Below, one piece after another: positions 13,969 through 19,118 of a DNA stretch of 19,118 nt. Within the stretch, counting starts at the first letter, position 1, and every line of letters starts with the position of its first letter. This DNA comes from Planctomycetota bacterium (GTDB lineage Bacteria > Planctomycetota > PLA2 > JAEUHO01): contig JBFWRP010000046.1 of the NCBI GenBank assembly GCA_050248855.1, positions 1-19,118 on the forward strand, written 5' to 3'. The notes beneath the pieces are model-generated. The model ran no database searches, was not told the origin of the DNA, and saw only the letters and a list, made by a program, of their open reading frames with translations. Position numbers and translations under genes: made by a program.

Positions 13969-15600
13969 ATGGAAGGAAGCCGTCTCCTGCGCGCCCGGAT
14001 GGGCCAGCCGGGTCCCATCTTGGTGGGCGGCGCCCACGACGGCCTGTCGGCGATCCTCGTCCGGGAAGCCGGCTTCGACGCGGTCTGGGCCTCGGGCTTC
14101 GAGATCTCGGCGGCGCACGGCGTCCCGGACGCCAACATCCTCACGATGTCGGACAACCTGCGCGCCGCGGCCCTGATGGTCGAGGCCTCCGGCATTCCCG
14201 TGGTCGCCGACTGCGACAACGGCTACGGCAACGCGATCAACGTGATCCACACCGTCCGCGCCTACGAGCGCGAGGGGGTCGCGGCCATCTGCATCGAGGA
14301 CAACGTCTTCCCCAAGCGCTGTAGCTTCTACGCGGGCGTGAAGCGGGAGCTTGCCCCCGTCGAGGAGCATGTAGGGAAGATCAAGGCCTGCCTGGACACG
14401 CGGCGCAACGACGACTTCGCCATCATCGCCCGGACCGAAGCCCTCATCGCGGGCTGGGGCATGGACGAGGCCCTGCTCCGTGGACGCGCCTACGCGGACG
14501 CCGGCGCGGACTTCGTGCTGATCCACAGCAAGAGCCCGGAGGCCGACGAGGTGCTGGGCTTTGCCGAGCGCTGGGACCGCGAGACGCCGCTCGTCTGCGT
14601 GCCGACGATCTACAAGTCGGCCAAGGCCTCGGCGCTGGCCGACGCCGGCTTCCAGATGATCATCTACGCCAACCACGGGCTGCGCAGCTCGATCAAGGCC
14701 ATGCGCGAGACCTTCGCCTTGCTCGTCAAGGACCAGGCGACCGGCGCCGTCGAGCACCTGGTCGTTCCGCTCAACGACGTCTACGAGCTGATCGGCGTGC
14801 CCCAGATGAAGCGCGAGGAGCGCGACTACCTGCCGGCGGGCGGCGTGGACGTGGGCGCGGTGCTCTTGGCCGCCGGCGCCAGCCCGGAGCTGGGCGACCT
14901 CGTCAAGGACCGCCCCAAGGCCATGCTCGACATCAAGGGCAAGCCCTTGATCGCCCACCAGATGACCGCGCTCAACGCGGCGGGCATCAAGGACATCGCG
15001 GCCGTGGTCGGCTACCGCCACGAGGCCGTCAAGGCGACCAACCTCAAGACGATCGTGGCCGATGCCAGCGGGGGCGAGCTCGAGAGCCTCATGCGCGCGG
15101 CGTCCGACCTGGACCGCCGCACGCTGATCGCCTACGGCGACATCCTCTTCGACACCGACCTGGTGGAGCGGCTGCTGCAGACCGACGGCGACATCGTCGT
15201 CGTCGTCGACCGCAGCAACGCTTCGGAGCGCCCGGGACGCGACCTCGTCAAGACGGGCGGCGATGCGGGCGCCAACGGCCGCTCGCTCACGGGGCGCCAG
15301 ACCGACACGCTCGAGGCCATCGCACGCGACTTGCCCGGAGCCAACGGCGAGTGGATCGGCATGATGATGGTTTCGGCCGAGGGCGCCAAGACGCTGGTCT
15401 CGACCTACGAGGACCTGGTCAAGAAGGGCGCCGGCAAGCCGCTGCACCAGGCCAAGACGCTCGAAGAGGCCGCTCTCACCGATCTCCTGCAGGAGCTCGT
15501 CGTGCGTGGGGCCTCGATCCGCGTCGTCGACACCTACAAGGGCTGGATGGAGATCGACACGTTCGAGGACTACCGCCGCGCGTGGAGCCAGGTGGACTGA
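13969..15600 (+). CDS. pepM: Phosphoenolpyruvate mutase-like protein fused to a C-terminal NTP-transferase (cytidylyltransferase-like) domain
   Basis: GAGGAG RBS. Motifs GAHDGLSA..EAGFDAVWASG..ISA..GVPD, DCDNGYGNAIN, IEDNVFPKRCSF, IARTEALIAGWGMDEAL.R..AY..AGAD..LIHSK, PLVCVPT and IYANH..R. C-terminal LLAAG...DRPKAML.I.GKP, YGDILF and W.EIDT..D. Context with decarboxylase and transaminase. Confidence 0.88.
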   Translation: MEGSRLLRARMGQPGPILVGGAHDGLSAILVREAGFDAVWASGFEISAAHGVPDANILTMSDNLRAAALMVEASGIPVVADCDNGYGNAINVIHTVRAYEREGVAAICIEDNVFPKRCSFYAGVKRELAPVEEHVGKIKACLDTRRNDDFAIIARTEALIAGWGMDEALLRGRAYADAGADFVLIHSKSPEADEVLGFAERWDRETPLVCVPTIYKSAKASALADAGFQMIIYANHGLRSSIKAMRETFALLVKDQATGAVEHLVVPLNDVYELIGVPQMKREERDYLPAGGVDVGAVLLAAGASPELGDLVKDRPKAMLDIKGKPLIAHQMTALNAAGIKDIAAVVGYRHEAVKATNLKTIVADASGGELESLMRAASDLDRRTLIAYGDILFDTDLVERLLQTDGDIVVVVDRSNASERPGRDLVKTGGDAGANGRSLTGRQTDTLEAIARDLPGANGEWIGMMMVSAEGAKTLVSTYEDLVKKGAGKPLHQAKTLEEAALTDLLQELVVRGASIRVVDTYKGWMEIDTFEDYRRAWSQVD

Positions 15601-16100
15601 TGCCCCAGAGCCAACGCTTCCTCGAGGCGCTCGAGGCCAACGGCTACGACTGGTTCGGCGGCGTGCCCTGCTCGCTGCTGCGCGGCGTGATCCGCCGCTT
15701 CGACGACGAGCCCCGCTGGGGCTACGTGTCGGCCGTTCGCGAAGACTCGGCCGTCGGCCTCGCCGCCGGCGCCTCCATGGCCGGGCGCCGGCCCGTCGTG
15801 TTCATGCAGAACAGCGGGCTGGGCGTGTGCGTCAACGCGCTCGTCAGCCTCAACGCGATCTACGCGATCCCCACGCTGCTGGTGATCTCGTGGCGCGGCG
15901 AAGGCGGCAAGGACGCGCCGGAGCACATCGTGATGGGCGACATCATGAAGCCCATGCTCGACCTCATGGACATCCCGTGGCGCGTGCTGTCGGCGGACAC
16001 GCTGGAAGACGACGTGGCCTGGACGGCGGCCAAGCTCCGCGATACGCGGCTGCCCGCCGCCCTTGTCGTGCCGAAGGGGATCCTCGATGCTGCGAGCTGA
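15600..16100 (+). CDS. Phosphonopyruvate decarboxylase alpha subunit (ComD-like TPP N-terminal domain)
   Basis: Motifs GVPCSLL, REDSAVGLAAGA..AG..PVVFMQNSGLG..VNAL.SL, IP.LLVISWRG..GKDAPEH..MG. Start overlaps the pepM stop (TGATG). Confidence 0.9.
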   Translation: MPQSQRFLEALEANGYDWFGGVPCSLLRGVIRRFDDEPRWGYVSAVREDSAVGLAAGASMAGRRPVVFMQNSGLGVCVNALVSLNAIYAIPTLLVISWRGEGGKDAPEHIVMGDIMKPMLDLMDIPWRVLSADTLEDDVAWTAAKLRDTRLPAALVVPKGILDAAS

Positions 16101-16647
16101 GGCGGTCCGTCACGTCGTCGAAGCGCTCTCCGACGACCATCTGCTCGTCGCCTGCAACGGCATGATCGGTCGCGAGGTCTTCACGGCCCGCGATCGCGAG
16201 GCCACCTTCTACATGATCGGGTCCATGGGCTTGGCGCTCAGCATCGGGCTGGGCGTGGCCCAGTGCCGCCCCGATCGGCAGGTCGTCGTGCTCGACGGGG
16301 ACGGCAACGTGCTCATGGGCGCCGGCGTCCTGGCCACGGCGGCTGCCCTGGCGCCCGGGAACCTGCACCACGTCGTGCTCGACAACGAGGCGCACGGCAG
16401 CACGGGCGACCAGCGGACGGTGAGCGACGTCGTGCCGCTGGAGGCCATGGCCAAGGCCGCCGGGTACGTCTCGGCGCAGCGCGTGGATGCAGCGGACCTC
16501 GCCAAGGTCATGCCCGCGTTCCTGGCCACGAAGGGGCCGGCCCTGCTCCTCGCCAAGGTCGAGAAGGGCAACCAGCACGGCATCGCCCGTGTCACGCACA
16601 CACCGCCGGAGATCACGGCGCGCTTCGCGCGCGCGATCGTCGGCTGA
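16087..16647 (+). CDS. Phosphonopyruvate decarboxylase beta subunit (ComE-like, TPP-binding)
   Basis: NGMIGRE, FYMIGSMG.A.SIGLG.A and the TPP motif DGDGNVLM...LDN..HGSTG.Q.T. AAGGGGA RBS. Confidence 0.9.
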   Translation: MLRAEAVRHVVEALSDDHLLVACNGMIGREVFTARDREATFYMIGSMGLALSIGLGVAQCRPDRQVVVLDGDGNVLMGAGVLATAAALAPGNLHHVVLDNEAHGSTGDQRTVSDVVPLEAMAKAAGYVSAQRVDAADLAKVMPAFLATKGPALLLAKVEKGNQHGIARVTHTPPEITARFARAIVG

Positions 16648-16672
16648 GCCCACCCGCGCGTCGGAGGTCGCC

Positions 16673-17737
16673 ATGGCCCAACCGGCCCTCACGCTCCTGA
16701 ACCCGGGTCCGATCAACGTCAGCGCGCGCGTGCGCGAGGCGTTGGCCCGCTGTCCGGATCTCTGCCACCGCGAGCCGGAGTACTTCGCGCTGCAGGACGA
16801 AGTCCGCCGGCTGCTCGTGGACGTGTTCGGCATCGGGGCCGACTACGAGGCGGCCCTGATCTCGGGCTCCGGCACCTCGGGCATGGAAGCCATGCTCGCG
16901 AGCGTCGTGGGCACGGGCGTGGTCGTGGTGGACAACGGCGTCTACGGCGACCGCCTGGCGCAGATGGCCGCCGCGCACCGCATCCCCCACCGCGTCGTCA
17001 AGTGCGACTGGTTCCACCGCCCCGACGAGGACGACCTCGAGGTAGCGCTGGCCGATCCGGCCCTCGACACGCTGGCCGTCGTGCACCACGAGACCACGAC
17101 AGGCCTCGTGAACGACCTCGAGGAGGTCGCGGCGCGTGCCCGCCACCACGGCAAGCGCGTGGTGATCGACAGCGTCAGCGGGCTGGCGGGGGAGCCGTTC
17201 GACTTCCGGGCGATCCGGCCCGACGCGGTGTGCAGCACCGCCAACAAGTGCATCCACGGCCTGCCCGGCGTGTCCTTCGTCTTCGTCCGGAAGGGCACCC
17301 CGCTCGAGCGCCGCTCGCTGTACCTGGACCTCGGGTTGGCGTTGGCCAAGCAACGTGCGAGCGACACGCCGTTCACGCCCGCCATCCAGGTGATGGCGGC
17401 GTTCGCCGAGGCCCTCAAGGAGCTTCGCGAGGAGACGATCGCGGCTCGCCAGGCCATGTACAAGGCGCGCAGCGATGCGATCCGCAGCACGCTCGAGGCG
17501 GTCGGCGTCGAGCTGATGCTGCCGGCCGCGCTGCGCAGCCGGACGATCACCTCCGCGCGCCTGCCCGCCGGGCTGGACTACCCGACGCTCCATGACCGCA
17601 TGAAGGCACGTGGGTTCGTGATCTACGGCGGCCAGGGCAAGCTGTCGGAGATCGCGTTCCGGATCGCGAACATGGGCGTGTGGCCGGACGGGCGCCTGGA
17701 TGATCTCGTCGAGGCGTTGCGCGAGGTGCTCGCGTGA
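16673..17737 (+). CDS. phnW: 2-aminoethylphosphonate aminotransferase (class V PLP; PhnW/AepZ-like)
   Basis: GGAGG RBS. Motifs LLNPGP, CHRE.EY, GSGT..MEA, NGVYG.R, VHHETTTG..N, DSVS, STANKCIHGLPG (PLP Lys), SLYLDL, PFTP, GFVIY.GQG and FRIANMG. Confidence 0.88.
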   Translation: MAQPALTLLNPGPINVSARVREALARCPDLCHREPEYFALQDEVRRLLVDVFGIGADYEAALISGSGTSGMEAMLASVVGTGVVVVDNGVYGDRLAQMAAAHRIPHRVVKCDWFHRPDEDDLEVALADPALDTLAVVHHETTTGLVNDLEEVAARARHHGKRVVIDSVSGLAGEPFDFRAIRPDAVCSTANKCIHGLPGVSFVFVRKGTPLERRSLYLDLGLALAKQRASDTPFTPAIQVMAAFAEALKELREETIAARQAMYKARSDAIRSTLEAVGVELMLPAALRSRTITSARLPAGLDYPTLHDRMKARGFVIYGGQGKLSEIAFRIANMGVWPDGRLDDLVEALREVLA

Positions 17738-18414
17738 GAGCGGTGTTGCTCGCCGCGGGTGTCGGCCGCCGCCTGGGCCACGACCGCCCGAAGGCGCTGC
17801 TCGAGGTCGGAGGGCGCACGCTGCTGGCGCGCCACGTCGAGAACCTGGCCGCTGCCGGGATCCCGCTCCGCGTCGTGACGGGCTTCGATGCCGAGCGCTT
17901 GGTGGCGGCCCTGCCGCCCGGGACGGAGGTCGTGCACAACGCGGAGTTCCGGCGTGGCAGCCTGTTGTCGCTGGCGTGCGGCCTGGAGGGCCTGGACGAA
18001 GACGCGATCGTGATGGACGCCGACGTCCTCTACGACCCCTCGATCCTGACCGACGTCGCGGCCCTGGACCGGGGCTTTGCCATCGACCCGCGCACGGATC
18101 CGGGCGACGAGGAGATGATGGTCGGTGTGAAGAGCGGTCGCGTCCGCGCCATCCGCCGCGGCAAGCTCCCCGGCTTCGAGGTCGTCGGCGAAGGCGTGGG
18201 CTTCTTCAAGATCGACCGTGCATCTCTTCCCGCGCTGCGCGCCGCCATCGCGGTCTCCGACCCCGAAAGCGACTACGAGAAGGCGATCGACCGCTTCGTC
18301 GGCGAGCACGGTGCGTCGTATGTGCTCGTCGCCGGCCGCCCCTGGACCGAGATCGACTTCCCCGAAGACGTCCGCCGCGCCGAACGCGACATCCTCCCGC
18401 GTGTCGGCACCTGA
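17734..18414 (+). CDS. Phosphocholine/phosphonate cytidylyltransferase family (LicC/PntC-like NTP transferase)
   Basis: Motifs LLAAGVGRRL...PKALL.VGG..LL, MDADVLY, GEGVGFFK and W.EIDFPED. GTG start overlaps the upstream stop (GTGA). Confidence 0.88.
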   Translation: MRAVLLAAGVGRRLGHDRPKALLEVGGRTLLARHVENLAAAGIPLRVVTGFDAERLVAALPPGTEVVHNAEFRRGSLLSLACGLEGLDEDAIVMDADVLYDPSILTDVAALDRGFAIDPRTDPGDEEMMVGVKSGRVRAIRRGKLPGFEVVGEGVGFFKIDRASLPALRAAIAVSDPESDYEKAIDRFVGEHGASYVLVAGRPWTEIDFPEDVRRAERDILPRVGT

Positions 18415-18463
18415 CGCACTTGGCCATCTGCCGCGCGAAGGTGTCTCCCGACGAGCGAATCGC

Positions 18464-19021
18464 GCGGCGCTCGCCGGCGGGCGAACCGCGTCCCCTGCGT
18501 GTCAGGCACCTTGCCCACGTTGCCCCTCGGTCGACGGGGCGAGTCTCAGATGTGCCTTGCGTTGCCCGTAGAGGGACGACGCTCTCGCTTCCGTTCCGCG
18601 CTCCCGCGCGGATTCGGTGCTCCGGCTTCGCCTCCGCAGCAGGGGGGCTATTCCGTACCCCCCCTGCACCCCTCACGGTGCGGCGCCGCGGCAAGGGTCC
18701 TGACACATCCGGGGTCGCGCGAGCCGCGCGGAGGTGTCTGAACCCGTGCCTCGGAGCGAAGCGACGGGGGCGCGGTGTCAGACACCGAAGTGCGGCGTTC
18801 GCCGGCCGTCGAACCGCGACCCCTGCGTGTCAGGCACCTTGCCCACGTTGCCGCTACGCGGCGCCGCGGCAAGGGTCCTGACACATCCGGGGTCGCGCGA
18901 GACGCGCGGAGGTGTCTGAACCCGTGCCTCGGAGCGATAGCGACGGTGGCACGGTGTCAGACACCGAAGTGCGGCGTTCGTCGACCGGCGAACCGCGACC
19001 CCTGCGTGTCAGTTCTTCATG
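18464..19021 (-). repeat. Mosaic palindromic repeat array, inverted relative to 98-675; 178-bp period
   Basis: Reverse complements of the same four modules. AAGGGTCCTGACACATCCGGGGTCGCGCGA recurs at 18693 and 18871. Confidence 0.92.
18592..18678 (+). repeat. 87-bp inserted module, copy 2
   Basis: 85/87 identical to 564-650 in the same orientation. Confidence 0.85.
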
Positions 19022-19118
19022 CCGACGGCAAAGCCCGTACGGAGGCGGGGAATTCTTCCGCAACTTGCCGATGGGCACTTCCGCATGCCGAAGCGCAGGG
19101 CGGCAAGTTGCGGAAGAA
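19017..19118. repeat. Inverted-repeat element, copy 2 (truncated by window end)
   Basis: Left arm 19044-19070, spacer 19071-19100, right arm 19101-19118+. Same arms as 9909-9992. Confidence 0.9.

Overview
High-GC bacterial window. The gene content (DUF1800/DUF1501 pair, TIGR03790 protein, long carboxypeptidase-regulatory-repeat proteins) suggests Planctomycetota, but this is inference only. Left to right: a mosaic palindromic repeat array (98-675); lemA coupled to a secreted TIGR03790-family protein; a convergent lipoprotein peroxiredoxin-like gene with an in-frame TGA in a UxxC motif and a bSECIS-like hairpin (probable selenoprotein, split in the ORF track); two tandem paralogous ~900-aa membrane-anchored CarboxypepD_reg-repeat proteins; a 27-bp inverted-repeat element; a DUF1800-DUF1501 operon on the minus strand; a ~1-kb intergenic region; a five-gene 2-aminoethylphosphonate-type phosphonate biosynthesis operon; and a second, inverted copy of the mosaic repeat array. 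The most striking unexplained signal is in the intergenic region: a sigma54-type promoter followed by a ~480-nt, highly structured candidate ncRNA with three homologous CU-rich (anti-Shine-Dalgarno-like) tracts and a terminator-like end. The operon's PEP mutase also has a non-canonical active-site loop (EDNVFPKRCS).
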